Of a stretch of 64,000 nt of DNA, positions 1-10,178 are shown in pieces (position 1 is the first letter of the stretch; every line of letters starts with the position of its first letter). The DNA is from Bacteroidales bacterium 52_46 (GTDB taxonomy: Bacteria; Bacteroidota; Bacteroidia; Bacteroidales; Muribaculaceae): NCBI GenBank assembly GCA_001915385.1, contig MNQK01000031.1, positions 133,166 through 197,165 on the forward strand, read 5' to 3'. The position numbers and the translations under genes were made by a program. The notes below the pieces were generated by a model. The model saw only the letters and a list, made by a program, of their open reading frames with translations. It ran no database searches and was not told the origin of the DNA.

Positions 1-1952
1 GACGTGAAGCGATTGCTCATCCATATACCAAGGTCGGTGTTGAACACATCGGCCTTTGATGTCTCGTTGGGATTGGCGGCTGTGAAGAATATCATTCCCG
101 GAAAACCGACCGACGGCTCGACCACGCTACCCGAGTAACATGTCTCGACAAACATACCGAGCTTCCGGTAGCCCTTTCTGTCACGTAGCGCAGAAAGCGC
201 AGTATGCACATCGGAAGCGCTGATACCCGACGACCTGTCACCCCAGCACAATGTCCCCGGCATGCCGTGACCGCTTATGAATACGAATATATTGGTACCA
301 TTGTCGCCGTCGAGCACCACCGGAGTAGCGGCAGTCGGGACACCCGCCACGATATTGCAGAAATCGGTAGGCGAAAGGTCGGCCAGACGGTAATCGATAT
401 TTACGTCATCATACAGATTGTCGCCTCCGGGAGCGACACGTATCACACCTTTCTCGGGATTGTGCGAGTCGCCGGCGATATCGTCGGCCATGATAAGTAT
501 GATATTGTCGTCGGTATAGCCGTGTTCCTTCAGCAGTTGATACATTGCAAGCACATCGGCCTGATGGCGGTAATTGCTCCAGCCTGTCGAAGTCGCCACA
601 AGCAGCGCGCGGTGCGAGGTCAGAGGGGCGTATGCAATCCCCGCGTCACCCTGTCCGAATTCCTGCATCTGCGTGGCTTTCCAGTTCCATCCGGCAAGAG
701 TGGCGTCAGTGCGGTTGCCTCCGTCGGCAGTGTTATAGTCAAGTATTATATATCCCCCTTCATATACCTTGTAGTTATAATATGTGGTCGACAGGACATT
801 GGTATATACCTTGCTGTCGAAATCGAGCCATCCCGACGCTCCGCGCACGTATGGAGCGTCGCCCCCGGCAAGCGCATTGACCACATTGCGCATATCCTCT
901 CCCATCCATGAACCCATATTGAAGTCACGTCCGTCGACCACCGTGCGCAACGCGTCGCGCAGCGTGGCGTCGGGATGCAGTTCCTGATACCACGCGGCAT
1001 ATACGAGAAGCATTGCGGCATCGTAGAGCTGTGCCGAACCTACAGTCGGAGCGGCACCGAAAAATGTCCTGAACGATACGTCAAATCCCGTTTCGGGATC
1101 GGCACCGAAGCACACTCCCTCTATACCCTCTGCCTTGCGGCCGAGCTGCTCTATCACGTCCGACCCATAGCCGATGTCGGAAAAGAGCAGACGCGGAGCG
1201 GGAGTATTCACCGAATTGAATATATCGACTACCCTCCCTATCTCGGCCACCGATGTCGGGGCGCACACCACATAGTCAGCACCCGACGATGCAGCCGCAC
1301 GGGCAGCCTCATCAATGGTCGAACCGCTGTAATTATGTATACCTTTCACTGTCAGTCCCAGCTCTTTGGCCTGAAAAGCGAACCAGTCGACAAATGTTTT
1401 ACCGTACGGGTCGGAACCGTCGGCAATAAGCCCGACCGATTTGCCGCCGTAGTTCACGACTTTACTGAGCAGCACCTCCGACTGCGTGATGTCGGTTTCG
1501 GTCATGGCCCAAAGATTGCCCGACGAGGCAAATCCGCGCACGAGGTCTTCGGTTGTGGCAAGCGTCATAAACGTCACTCCCGAGCGGCACAGCGTCATCG
1601 CAATCGTACGCGCATCGCCCGAATACAATCCGCCTATCACTGCATACACATCGTCACGCTCCACGAGTTCATGCGCCAGGTTCTCAAGATCTTCGGTCGT
1701 CTCGTCGTAATACTCGATGTTGAGCCTTACGGTTTTGTCACAGTCGGAAAATGCCTGCGCGGTATTGTACTGCAGCAGCGTGAATATACGCTGCCAGTGG
1801 AGGTAGAGACCATTCTCCATAGGGAGCACGACCGCCACAGTCTTTTCAACCGCGGGTTTCTCCTTGCCCGGAGTCATATCATCGTCATCCGAGCAACTCC
1901 ACAACGACAATGACATAATCATTGCACACAATAACAGGATTCTGTTTTTCAT
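1..1952 (-). CDS. Legumain-like C13 family cysteine peptidase fused to an N-terminal periplasmic-binding-protein-like domain; lipoprotein. The C-terminus runs off the window edge.
   Basis: I translated the minus strand by hand from the ATG at 1952-1950. The N-terminus MKNRILLLCAMIMSLSLWSCSDDDD is a lipobox. The C-terminal part contains legumain-type motifs: NYRHQADVLAMYQ, IILIMADD, FVFISGHG (catalytic His-Gly) and MFVETCYSGS (catalytic Cys). The frame is open to position 1. It is absent from the ORF track only because no stop codon lies in the window. Its start overlaps the upstream stop as ATGA. Confidence 0.75.
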   Translation of the reverse strand, partial: MKNRILLLCAMIMSLSLWSCSDDDDMTPGKEKPAVEKTVAVVLPMENGLYLHWQRIFTLLQYNTAQAFSDCDKTVRLNIEYYDETTEDLENLAHELVERDDVYAVIGGLYSGDARTIAMTLCRSGVTFMTLATTEDLVRGFASSGNLWAMTETDITQSEVLLSKVVNYGGKSVGLIADGSDPYGKTFVDWFAFQAKELGLTVKGIHNYSGSTIDEAARAAASSGADYVVCAPTSVAEIGRVVDIFNSVNTPAPRLLFSDIGYGSDVIEQLGRKAEGIEGVCFGADPETGFDVSFRTFFGAAPTVGSAQLYDAAMLLVYAAWYQELHPDATLRDALRTVVDGRDFNMGSWMGEDMRNVVNALAGGDAPYVRGASGWLDFDSKVYTNVLSTTYYNYKVYEGGYIILDYNTADGGNRTDATLAGWNWKATQMQEFGQGDAGIAYAPLTSHRALLVATSTGWSNYRHQADVLAMYQLLKEHGYTDDNIILIMADDIAGDSHNPEKGVIRVAPGGDNLYDDVNIDYRLADLSPTDFCNIVAGVPTAATPVVLDGDNGTNIFVFISGHGMPGTLCWGDRSSGISASDVHTALSALRDRKGYRKLGMFVETCYSGSVVEPSVGFPGMIFFTAANPNETSKADVFNTDLGIWMSNRFT

Positions 1953-3001
1953 AGCTGCGATTTCTCCTTTCTGACAGCCTCGTCACGCGCGGCGGCCACT
2001 ACCGGTTCATATTGCGTGAAAAATGGCGACAACTGCCAGTCGGTATAGCCGCTGGCGAGTCCGAACACCGCCGATTCGGGCAGTTCGCCGTCAGTAAGCC
2101 AAGCCTCCAGATAGTTGTAGACAACGCTGTCGATATGTTTTATCACGCTGCCGGTGATATTGCGCGACAACGCCGACTGGTCTATATCCATGCCGGCGGT
2201 AAGAGGGGCGTCGGCATACTCGCGTGTATAGCGGTATATGCCCGAATTACTTCCTCCGGCTACCGGGAATACGAAGCTGTAGCTTTGCGACCACCGGCTC
2301 ATATTCCGGTAAGCTAACTGAGCCGATACATATCCCGTCCAGTCGTCGGCGAGATATTCGGTATCCACTTTTGCTGCGGAAGTCGTAGCATAAAAACCGT
2401 CACTGAAACTTGCCGCGGCCTGCGCCGTGACTGCATCGTCGGGATGCGCGAGCACAATCAGCGCGTCTTTGCTTTCGCCCGTCTGACGCAATCCGTCGAT
2501 ATATGTGGCTGCCGTCACTCCGGCGAGATACGACGCTCCGGCCATCGTCAGATGGAATGTAGTCACCGGAAGTCCCATCTCATTGTCGCTCTCAAACAGA
2601 AGAATACGCTTATTGGCCGAAAGCGGATGACGGCGCAGACACATACCGGTCAAGGCCTCGTAGTCGTCACTCGCCACCACAAACAGTGCCGGCACATCGC
2701 TTTCGGGTAGAGACAACCAGTCGGTAAGCAACCGTTCGGCCTCATTGATGGAGCCTGGAGAATACTGGTAGACATCGGCCTTACCATAAAAGTTTTTCTT
2801 GAACGACTGCACACCTGCCAGTATGCAGTCGTTATATCCCTGGTCGCCGAGTCCGCCGGGAGCATACATCACCACAACCTGCGGCCGGGGCGAAGCAAGC
2901 GGCGTATACGCATCATCGTCCGACGAGCAAGCAGACAGCCCCGACAGTGCCGTCGCCGCCAACAATGCCGACAATATGCTATTTTTACAATATCTGTTCA
3001 T
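1949..3001 (-). CDS. BMP-family (basic membrane protein, PnrA-like) substrate-binding lipoprotein
   Basis: 350-aa ORF with lipoprotein signal LSGLSACSSDDD. The segment VVVMYAPGGLGDQGYNDCILAGVQ resembles a BMP/Med-type periplasmic binding fold. Confidence 0.65.
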   Translation of the reverse strand: MNRYCKNSILSALLAATALSGLSACSSDDDAYTPLASPRPQVVVMYAPGGLGDQGYNDCILAGVQSFKKNFYGKADVYQYSPGSINEAERLLTDWLSLPESDVPALFVVASDDYEALTGMCLRRHPLSANKRILLFESDNEMGLPVTTFHLTMAGASYLAGVTAATYIDGLRQTGESKDALIVLAHPDDAVTAQAAASFSDGFYATTSAAKVDTEYLADDWTGYVSAQLAYRNMSRWSQSYSFVFPVAGGSNSGIYRYTREYADAPLTAGMDIDQSALSRNITGSVIKHIDSVVYNYLEAWLTDGELPESAVFGLASGYTDWQLSPFFTQYEPVVAAARDEAVRKEKSQL

Positions 3002-3068
3002 AGTTCCAATTAATAAAACGGAATTTTTCTTTAAAAATTATACGCCTGCCGATAGTTCTTGCTAATTG

Positions 3069-4205
3069 CTAATACTCTTCCTCCGGAAATTCCACAATCG
3101 TATAACGGTCACTCAACTCATTGTTTTTATCATAAGTAAAGTAACGGGCGTGGCTGTTACGGTGCTGTGGCACATTTGGCGACCAATTACGTTTGAAATA
3201 CATATTTCCTGACTTGAATCTGGTTGAATTGGGCGATTCCTGTTTTCCCAATATCACATAGTAGCTTCTTGACTCCCACACACGCCAGAACCACCACAGA
3301 TATTTGTTGTCCCACGTATCTCCGTACTGATATTGGTTTTCCGTCCCATTTTCTATGCTTATGGTGCGGGTAAACAAGTCGGTGACATAGCCCAGCCGCT
3401 TTCCTCTCTGTTTTTCAAGTTTCTGCAACCCGGCGAGCACGTTCTTGAAATCCTGTCTGTCGACAACCCACCATGTCGACAAAGCGTCCCATGCATCTTT
3501 TCCTGCACACTTTTTATATGAAGTGTATGACTTATATTTGTCGGAACGCGCTGTCGTTTCCCAGCCGTAATCCACGGTCATCATTATGCCGTCGCCTGCG
3601 CTCGAATACTCACGCACTACCAACCAATAATATTCCTTGTCATTTACTTTCTCGCATAAAATATCTCCTATGGCGTATGGTGAAATGATACTGTTATCAG
3701 GCCATGCCTCGGGAGTAAGTATATGCAATGTGGTAACCGTACCCCGCAACCTCGGCATATCGAATGAAATACGGGCAAGTTCCCCGGCGTCACGGCCGCG
3801 GGAATAAGTCACGGTGCCGTTATATCCCAGGTCATAGGTCATGAGGGATTCCGTACCGCTGAGGAAATCTTTTCCCAACTCGCTGTCAGCGAGCGTATGA
3901 CAAAAGAAATCAAAAGCTTCAGCTTCATCTTTCATAGTGCATGACAGTTCGTCAGGAAACGCCTCTTCAAGTGCCTTGCCCCACCGGGGAGTAAGAATTT
4001 CCAACGGCCCCGCAGAATCGATTTCACAAAAAGTAGTCACCAATTTGTCAGCAAGTACATCAGACAGCGGCACAATTTCCGCCTCCTCGTCAGGTTCCTC
4101 GTCGATGACCGGGTCATCGTCAGAACATGCCGTCATGAACGGCAATACAACTGCCCCCAACGCTATGCGGAATATGTTTCTTACGTATATATGCATCTGT
4201 TTCAT
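3069..4205 (-). CDS. Hypothetical lipoprotein (378 aa), Trp/Tyr-rich
   Basis: ORF with signal peptide and lipobox FMTACSDDD. I recognise no conserved motif. It sits inside the lipoprotein operon. Confidence 0.65.
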   Translation of the reverse strand: MKQMHIYVRNIFRIALGAVVLPFMTACSDDDPVIDEEPDEEAEIVPLSDVLADKLVTTFCEIDSAGPLEILTPRWGKALEEAFPDELSCTMKDEAEAFDFFCHTLADSELGKDFLSGTESLMTYDLGYNGTVTYSRGRDAGELARISFDMPRLRGTVTTLHILTPEAWPDNSIISPYAIGDILCEKVNDKEYYWLVVREYSSAGDGIMMTVDYGWETTARSDKYKSYTSYKKCAGKDAWDALSTWWVVDRQDFKNVLAGLQKLEKQRGKRLGYVTDLFTRTISIENGTENQYQYGDTWDNKYLWWFWRVWESRSYYVILGKQESPNSTRFKSGNMYFKRNWSPNVPQHRNSHARYFTYDKNNELSDRYTIVEFPEEEY

Positions 4206-4221
4206 TTTTTCATATTATCGT

Positions 4222-6570
4222 TTAAAGATTGGGATACGTGAAATATCGCGTCCTGAACAGCCGCACGGGATACATTTTGTTGATACCCGATATTACCTGA
4301 GTATCCCATGTATAGTCAGGTTTAAGCACAAGCGCATAACCTTTTGTTGTCGATTTGGCCGACTCCTTGAACGCTATGTAGCAATTGGAATTGTCGGTCG
4401 GCGACGATGTGCCGGTGGAGAAGTATCCGCAGAACTGTGCGTCAAAACCACTCGTACCGCCTTTGAACAACGACTTGGTATTGCGTCCTATATAATCCGT
4501 CAGATTTTCCTTGTCATGTTCGGTAGGGAGGTACCAGTAAAGCGCCATGTCTACGCTTGGCTCACGTTTTGAACCGTAGACGCCCGAGTTGGCCGACAGG
4601 AAGGCCGACCGCTGGTTAAGTATATAGGCATACAGCATATCGGCATTTCCATCGTTATAGATACGCTCTCGACGTGTGAATGACCGTCCGCTCAATGTCC
4701 CGAAATACATGCTCTCCATAATATTCCTTCTTGTCCAGTACCCGGAACCTATCTTAACAACGTCATACATGATATTGGAAGCGTTGAACTGCAGTTGATG
4801 CGGCAACGTCTTTGTATCGGGCGCCGGTCGGCATTTCACGCCGTAGTCCTGTTCGTAAAAATTGCCGTGCATCCAGTAGGCGGTCGTTATGCGGTCGTAA
4901 TAGCCGAAACCCTCTATCGGCTCTACATAACAGGTATTCTCATAGAAGCTGACAAATGCCGGACGATTGCCCTCGCCGTCGCCGGGGAAAAGCCCCTGAC
5001 TGTGGCTCGTGCGGCCGTTCTTTATCGGATAGAATACGGTCACTCGGCGGTCGGTACGGATTTTAGGCACATATTCCGAACAGATTTCAAGCAGCGGAGT
5101 GCCATTGCTGTACATCACCTTCACCAGCGAGCCTGAGCCATCGGCCGGAAACGTGAAATCCTTACTTGTCAGGTCAATCACATAATTGTCAATGCCGAGC
5201 TCCTGGTCGGTATACATGTTGTTGCTTTGGTTTGACATTCCCGCCACAACGTCCTGCACCTCCGCGCGTATTTTCGGGTCAGCAAAAAGATCCCATATCG
5301 GCATGAAGTTGAAATCAATGATGTCGAGATTTTTCTTATTTGATGGAGTATAGACTACCCTCGACAACCATTCCTGCAACAAATTATTGGGAAGCGCCCC
5401 GGTGTCACTAAGCCCGCTTATCGCGTTTTTCAGGGCGGCGCGGGTGTCTGCCGTACCGCCTGCTATGGAGAATGTATAGTCATTTGACATCGAACTCGTC
5501 ACTACCGAATGCGACGATGACGAACTGCTGCCGGTGCTCTTGCCGAATACCCGCGAGCACTGTTCCTCGGCATCCTTTTCAAATTCCGACGCATACGTGC
5601 GGTCGAACGTCACGACATAGTCTATCGAACCGCCGGCGAGTGCCTCGATGACGAGATGCGTGCCGTATGTGTTGACCATGTTTTTGATTTTGTCACGACG
5701 GGTCGAGGAGTTTGCATCAATTACCTTTTTATAATGTTCCCTGAAGCCCTGCGTGAACGGCAGTTCGTCAACGCCATACGTCGCGACAAGATATTCCAGC
5801 ACGCCGCGGTCGATGCTTCGCGACGATACTATCTTATAGAGTCGTGCGTATGCCATATAGCTTTCCGAAAGGTCGTGGGATGTTACCTCCTTAAATCGTC
5901 TTATCGTCTTCTTGACTCCTAAGAAACTGCTCGTTTTCTCCATCTTTTTTGTGAGATGGCTCGACATCTCCTGCATCGAGAAGGCCGACACGATTTCAAA
6001 CTTCTCGCTGCCGCGTATTACCTCCTGCACGCTTTGGAACGTGCTGTCGGAGTCAATGCTGCCCATAAGCGCGGTATCTATAATCCTACCCTGCACGCTG
6101 TTGCGGTTCTTGTACTCGCCGAAAGCGTTGAATCCCCACCCCACGCGATAGTCGCTCATCACGTCGGTATCGGCATTGTCGTCATAATCGCCTTCGCCAC
6201 GCTGATATATCTCTATCACAGCGCGTTTGCGCAGGTCGGGAGCACGGAATACCAGCGTGGCGCGGCGTCCGGCCACATCGTCGTTGTCGTCGGTGCGGAA
6301 TTCCACGATGCCGTCGGCCGGGAGCGTCGACGACGTGAGGTGCAGCCAGTCGGCGTCAGAAGTTATTTCGACGTTACCGGCGTCCCCTGGAGTTACGGTA
6401 AACGAATAGTACCGGCCATGGCTCTCCACTACCGGCAGTTCGTATGTCAATTCCAGCGTGTCTTCGCATTCAGCTCCTGGCAATGCATCATCGTCGGAGC
6501 ATCCGGCAAGACAGAACGCCGCAATGATTGCAGGCAGCAGCCTGCGATATATAAAATAAAGGTTATTCAT
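4222..6570 (-). CDS. MACPF-domain lipoprotein (paralog 1) with N-terminal BACON-like domain and long C-terminal extension
   Basis: 782-aa ORF with lipobox LAGCSDDD. The N-terminal segment SDADWLHLTSSTLPADGIVEF...RATLVF is BACON/Ig-like. The MACPF signature is YGTHLVIEALAGGS, matching Y-G-T-H-x7-GG. The conserved downstream motif MPIWDLF is shared with the two neighbouring paralogs. Confidence 0.8.
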   Translation of the reverse strand: MNNLYFIYRRLLPAIIAAFCLAGCSDDDALPGAECEDTLELTYELPVVESHGRYYSFTVTPGDAGNVEITSDADWLHLTSSTLPADGIVEFRTDDNDDVAGRRATLVFRAPDLRKRAVIEIYQRGEGDYDDNADTDVMSDYRVGWGFNAFGEYKNRNSVQGRIIDTALMGSIDSDSTFQSVQEVIRGSEKFEIVSAFSMQEMSSHLTKKMEKTSSFLGVKKTIRRFKEVTSHDLSESYMAYARLYKIVSSRSIDRGVLEYLVATYGVDELPFTQGFREHYKKVIDANSSTRRDKIKNMVNTYGTHLVIEALAGGSIDYVVTFDRTYASEFEKDAEEQCSRVFGKSTGSSSSSSHSVVTSSMSNDYTFSIAGGTADTRAALKNAISGLSDTGALPNNLLQEWLSRVVYTPSNKKNLDIIDFNFMPIWDLFADPKIRAEVQDVVAGMSNQSNNMYTDQELGIDNYVIDLTSKDFTFPADGSGSLVKVMYSNGTPLLEICSEYVPKIRTDRRVTVFYPIKNGRTSHSQGLFPGDGEGNRPAFVSFYENTCYVEPIEGFGYYDRITTAYWMHGNFYEQDYGVKCRPAPDTKTLPHQLQFNASNIMYDVVKIGSGYWTRRNIMESMYFGTLSGRSFTRRERIYNDGNADMLYAYILNQRSAFLSANSGVYGSKREPSVDMALYWYLPTEHDKENLTDYIGRNTKSLFKGGTSGFDAQFCGYFSTGTSSPTDNSNCYIAFKESAKSTTKGYALVLKPDYTWDTQVISGINKMYPVRLFRTRYFTYPNL

Positions 6571-8521
6571 AACTTACCTCCCTCGGATTGTAGATATATA
6601 CATAATCAGCGTCACGCCACATCCGGCCGGGGTAATCCTTCGAGGGGAAGAATGTGGGATATGCCTCATACTCCTTCAAAGGCACGGCGTCCATCCAGCT
6701 CCAGCCGGGCAGATTGGTGTAACGGTTTTTGTTCTCGAGATAGAAATGTCCGAAATGCTTGTAGACCTTGAGCATCGTGCCTCCTATCGTACCGTCGGGG
6801 AGCACTCCTCCCGGACGCTCGCAGCCGAGTATGGCATGTGAGCCGACATACGGCAGATTGTCAGCCTTTTTAGTCGAGAGCGCGCCCATATTGATATATA
6901 TGAGATTGCCCGACGGCGCGTCGTCGCGTTCCTTGACAAAAAACTTATAGCCGTTCCAGGCCACATCATACGCTTTGCCGTTGTGCACGCACAGTCCGGC
7001 ATCGAGTTGCACACGGCCCTCGTATATCGGATAAGCCACATGTACTTTTGTCCCGTTTCCGGCAATTTCAGGCACATATTCACGGCATACAGTCGCAACG
7101 TGGCGGTTGGAAGATATGATGTCGACCACATCGGGGTCGCTGAACGTGCGCCATTCGCCTGCTATACGGCATCTCACACTTCCGGGATTGGAGTCAAAGG
7201 AAGTATTGATGAAGTTCTTGTTGCCGAACGATTCGGCCAGCAGCGCGGCATTGCCCATTACGCGGCCTTCAACGAGTTCGGCAACAGTCCTGTCGGGAAT
7301 GAACTCCCATATCGGAACTACCTCCATGTCGGTCATCTCGACATTGGATTTTGTAATGTCGCTGTCGTTGTGATATACCGAACCAATCCAGCCTGTCACC
7401 ATGCTTTCAGCAGTTCCGTCGGTGTTGAAACTATTAAGGTCGATGACCTTGTCAAGATAGCTGAGGTCACCGCCGAGTATGCTGAGACGGCATTTTCCGT
7501 CGCGCAATATCTCGTAGTTGTGGGTCTGCGACGATGATTCCGACTTCATCTTGAACAGCGTCGCTATTGACACTCCGGCCATCGCTTCGGCCTGCTCGCG
7601 GTAGTCAAACTTGTGGGTGTCAACCTGCACCTCGAGCGTCAGACGCGCACCGAGTTTGGAATATACGACCACATGCGTGCCGTATTTGTACAGGAAGTTG
7701 TCGACATCATTCAGCGTGTGTATATTGCTGACCGCATAGCGGAAACTGCTGGTAAGCATGGAGGGATATTTCCTGGCGTATTCCCTTATGCCGGCTTCGT
7801 CGAGCGAATACTCGGCGCGGTCAATCCATACCTCGTTCTTGAGGATATAGCTGCTTTTGGTCCCTTCCTCAAACAGCGAGCAACTCATCGAAGCGTCGCC
7901 CGAAAAAAGCACAATATCGCCCGAAGCCCCTGCATAGACATTGGAATGCTGTATATAATCCACTACCGACGAATAGCTTTCATGAGTATAGTGCATTTCG
8001 TTAAGATTGGACGAAATGAGGAAATTGTATCCGGCGGTCTGGCCATACTTCTCAAGCATGGCTCGGTTGAGTATCTGACATCGGAAATCACTCATGTCGC
8101 AGTACCTTCCCTCGACGGCGTTGTAGGAGTATCCGATGCCGTGATGACGCATGAACTGGCGTCCCGACGCGCTCCTCGACACCGGCTTCTGGGCGAAATG
8201 CAACGTGCCGCGAGTGCCGTCATCATACACCACTTCAAGCGTGGCGCGACGCTCTGCCGGCTCGTCATTCTGCTCGAAATATACGGTGCCGTTGTCGACA
8301 ACGGTGATGAAACCGCCATCCTCGGCCGTGACCGATACTATAGGGCGCCCGTCGGCCGGTAGGGTATAATAGCCGTCCTCGCCGGATATTGCAATAGCGG
8401 AAATAGTGTCGTCCCCCGGGGGAACGACACTATCCATCTTATCATCTTCGCACCCCGTGGCCAGCAACAGCGGCAGCAGGAACGCGGTCACGAATCTTAT
8501 TGAACGCATGTAAGAATGCAT
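6563..8521 (-). CDS. MACPF-domain lipoprotein (paralog 2)
   Basis: 652-aa ORF with lipobox LLATGCEDD. MACPF-like motif YKYGTHVVVYSKLGARL and conserved VPIWEFI. Its C-terminal domain is paralogous to that of paralog 1 (CREYVPEI versus CSEYVPKI). It overlaps the downstream gene by 8 nt. Confidence 0.75.
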   Translation of the reverse strand: MHSYMRSIRFVTAFLLPLLLATGCEDDKMDSVVPPGDDTISAIAISGEDGYYTLPADGRPIVSVTAEDGGFITVVDNGTVYFEQNDEPAERRATLEVVYDDGTRGTLHFAQKPVSRSASGRQFMRHHGIGYSYNAVEGRYCDMSDFRCQILNRAMLEKYGQTAGYNFLISSNLNEMHYTHESYSSVVDYIQHSNVYAGASGDIVLFSGDASMSCSLFEEGTKSSYILKNEVWIDRAEYSLDEAGIREYARKYPSMLTSSFRYAVSNIHTLNDVDNFLYKYGTHVVVYSKLGARLTLEVQVDTHKFDYREQAEAMAGVSIATLFKMKSESSSQTHNYEILRDGKCRLSILGGDLSYLDKVIDLNSFNTDGTAESMVTGWIGSVYHNDSDITKSNVEMTDMEVVPIWEFIPDRTVAELVEGRVMGNAALLAESFGNKNFINTSFDSNPGSVRCRIAGEWRTFSDPDVVDIISSNRHVATVCREYVPEIAGNGTKVHVAYPIYEGRVQLDAGLCVHNGKAYDVAWNGYKFFVKERDDAPSGNLIYINMGALSTKKADNLPYVGSHAILGCERPGGVLPDGTIGGTMLKVYKHFGHFYLENKNRYTNLPGWSWMDAVPLKEYEAYPTFFPSKDYPGRMWRDADYVYIYNPREVSYE

Positions 8522-8522
8522 A

Positions 8523-10043
8523 TTAACGGGTGTGTGTTGATTTTATTTTCACTTTCCGGACATCGGTCGACTCGCCTGCAAGGTATCTCTTTATGAAGGT
8601 CGAATTGGGATATATGCCTTCCAGATAGTTTATCACCGCATCCTGACATTCGAAATCATCGAATATCTCCCATATCGGGATGATATCGACCTGAAGCAGG
8701 TCGGCGTTGCATTTCGTATAGTCGACATCATTCCTGATACTGTACGCCCAATCCTTGATACGGTCGGGAAGTCCGGTATCGGAATAATCGGCATTGCTCA
8801 ACGCCGTGAGCACTTCGCCTGCTTTCGTCATGTCACCACCGGCAACCTCAAGTTTGTAACGGCTGTTCTGAAGTACGGAAATCGAACTGTTGAGATAACT
8901 TACCTCTACATCAGCGTCAAGTTTGAACAGTCCGAGTTCAAAACCTACTTTGACAGTAGCGGTATCTACCCTCATCACTTCCTTTATATAAAGTGAGTCC
9001 ATGTCGAGATCCATTGTGATGCGTCCGCCAAGAGTCGAGCCTACGACAACACCTGTACCGTAGTTATTGACAAGCTGACGGATATATCGGTTGGCGACGG
9101 CAGTGTTGTTGCTTTTTACCGCAGTCTCGATATTTTTCCGCAATCCTGCCATACCGGTAGTCAGTATGGTTTTGCGGAAATCGTTTTTAGGCGCATTCTC
9201 TTCAGCCATATAATTGGAATAGTGCGTCAAGGCGTCCATATACGAGATGCCGGCGTCAAGAGTAGGATACTCTGCACTATATGCCAACTTCATGGTGTGG
9301 TCTTTCAGATCCTCATTACCGTGGTATGCACCGGAAATGCCGAAATGGAACTTGGCATAGGATACATTGAGCTGGAAGGCGACGCCGAGCGAGTCCCGCT
9401 TATCGATTATCGAATCCATATTCGCTGCCTCAAAATTGAGATTTGCACGCGGCACAGCACTTACGATATTGGCATAATCATCTTCACCGCTATCAAGGAG
9501 TTTTTCCAACGATGCGAGATTGAATACCGAGTTGCGCGAATAATTCAGTCCTACGGGTGTCCCTTTTTTATACTGACTGTCATAATACTCGATAAGGTTA
9601 CAGCCTACTCCGAGTTTCTTTGTGGCTGCTGTCTGGATATAGTCATTATCTCCATTGTCGGCAACTATTCCGTCAAGCTCACCGTACTGCGAGATACGGA
9701 ACTCAGTGGTAGCGCCGCCGGCATTCAGCGTCGCAGTGACGGTACGCATTTCGCCACCTATATTGTCGTCAAGCACGATAGTCATGACATCACGGCCGTT
9801 GCCGGAGTCATTGAGCACTGTGAGCCAGTCGCAGGTGTCGGGTACACTTACGCTCCATGCTCCCGCAGCCTCAACGGGTATCTCTACGATATTACTTTGC
9901 GCATATACGCTCAGTCCATTCTCAATAATATTTTTATCGATAGGCTGTCCGGCGGGAGTATCGTCGTCGGAACATGCCGCCAGACAGGACATGAAAAGTA
10001 TCCCTGCAGTTGCAAGACAGGTCTTTATGATTGATTTTTTCAT
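8523..10043 (-). CDS. MACPF-like lipoprotein (paralog 3, short form)
   Basis: The ORF opens at 10103, but the likely start is the internal Met of MKKSIIKTCLATAGILFMSCLAACSDDD. The segment CDWLTVLNDSGNGRDVMTIV is BACON-like. MACPF-like motif NNYGTGVVVGSTLGGRI and conserved IPIWEIF. It lies 1 nt from the next gene. Confidence 0.7.
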   Translation of the reverse strand: MKKSIIKTCLATAGILFMSCLAACSDDDTPAGQPIDKNIIENGLSVYAQSNIVEIPVEAAGAWSVSVPDTCDWLTVLNDSGNGRDVMTIVLDDNIGGEMRTVTATLNAGGATTEFRISQYGELDGIVADNGDNDYIQTAATKKLGVGCNLIEYYDSQYKKGTPVGLNYSRNSVFNLASLEKLLDSGEDDYANIVSAVPRANLNFEAANMDSIIDKRDSLGVAFQLNVSYAKFHFGISGAYHGNEDLKDHTMKLAYSAEYPTLDAGISYMDALTHYSNYMAEENAPKNDFRKTILTTGMAGLRKNIETAVKSNNTAVANRYIRQLVNNYGTGVVVGSTLGGRITMDLDMDSLYIKEVMRVDTATVKVGFELGLFKLDADVEVSYLNSSISVLQNSRYKLEVAGGDMTKAGEVLTALSNADYSDTGLPDRIKDWAYSIRNDVDYTKCNADLLQVDIIPIWEIFDDFECQDAVINYLEGIYPNSTFIKRYLAGESTDVRKVKIKSTHTR

Positions 10044-10178
10044 AATAATGTGATGATGAAAGTAAGCAGCTGCCGAATTAAACATGCAGAAACGGCACTT
10101 CAATTTATAACAGCTGCCTACCGGTTTGCGGGTTGTTATGATTTATGGAATGTTTTGAAACGGTATTCTATTCACCGG

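Noticed and set aside
204-1913. Plus-strand ORFs 204-911 and 975-1913
   Set aside because: They lie antisense to the clearly conserved legumain-like gene. Their translations are His/Arg-rich nonsense with no domain.
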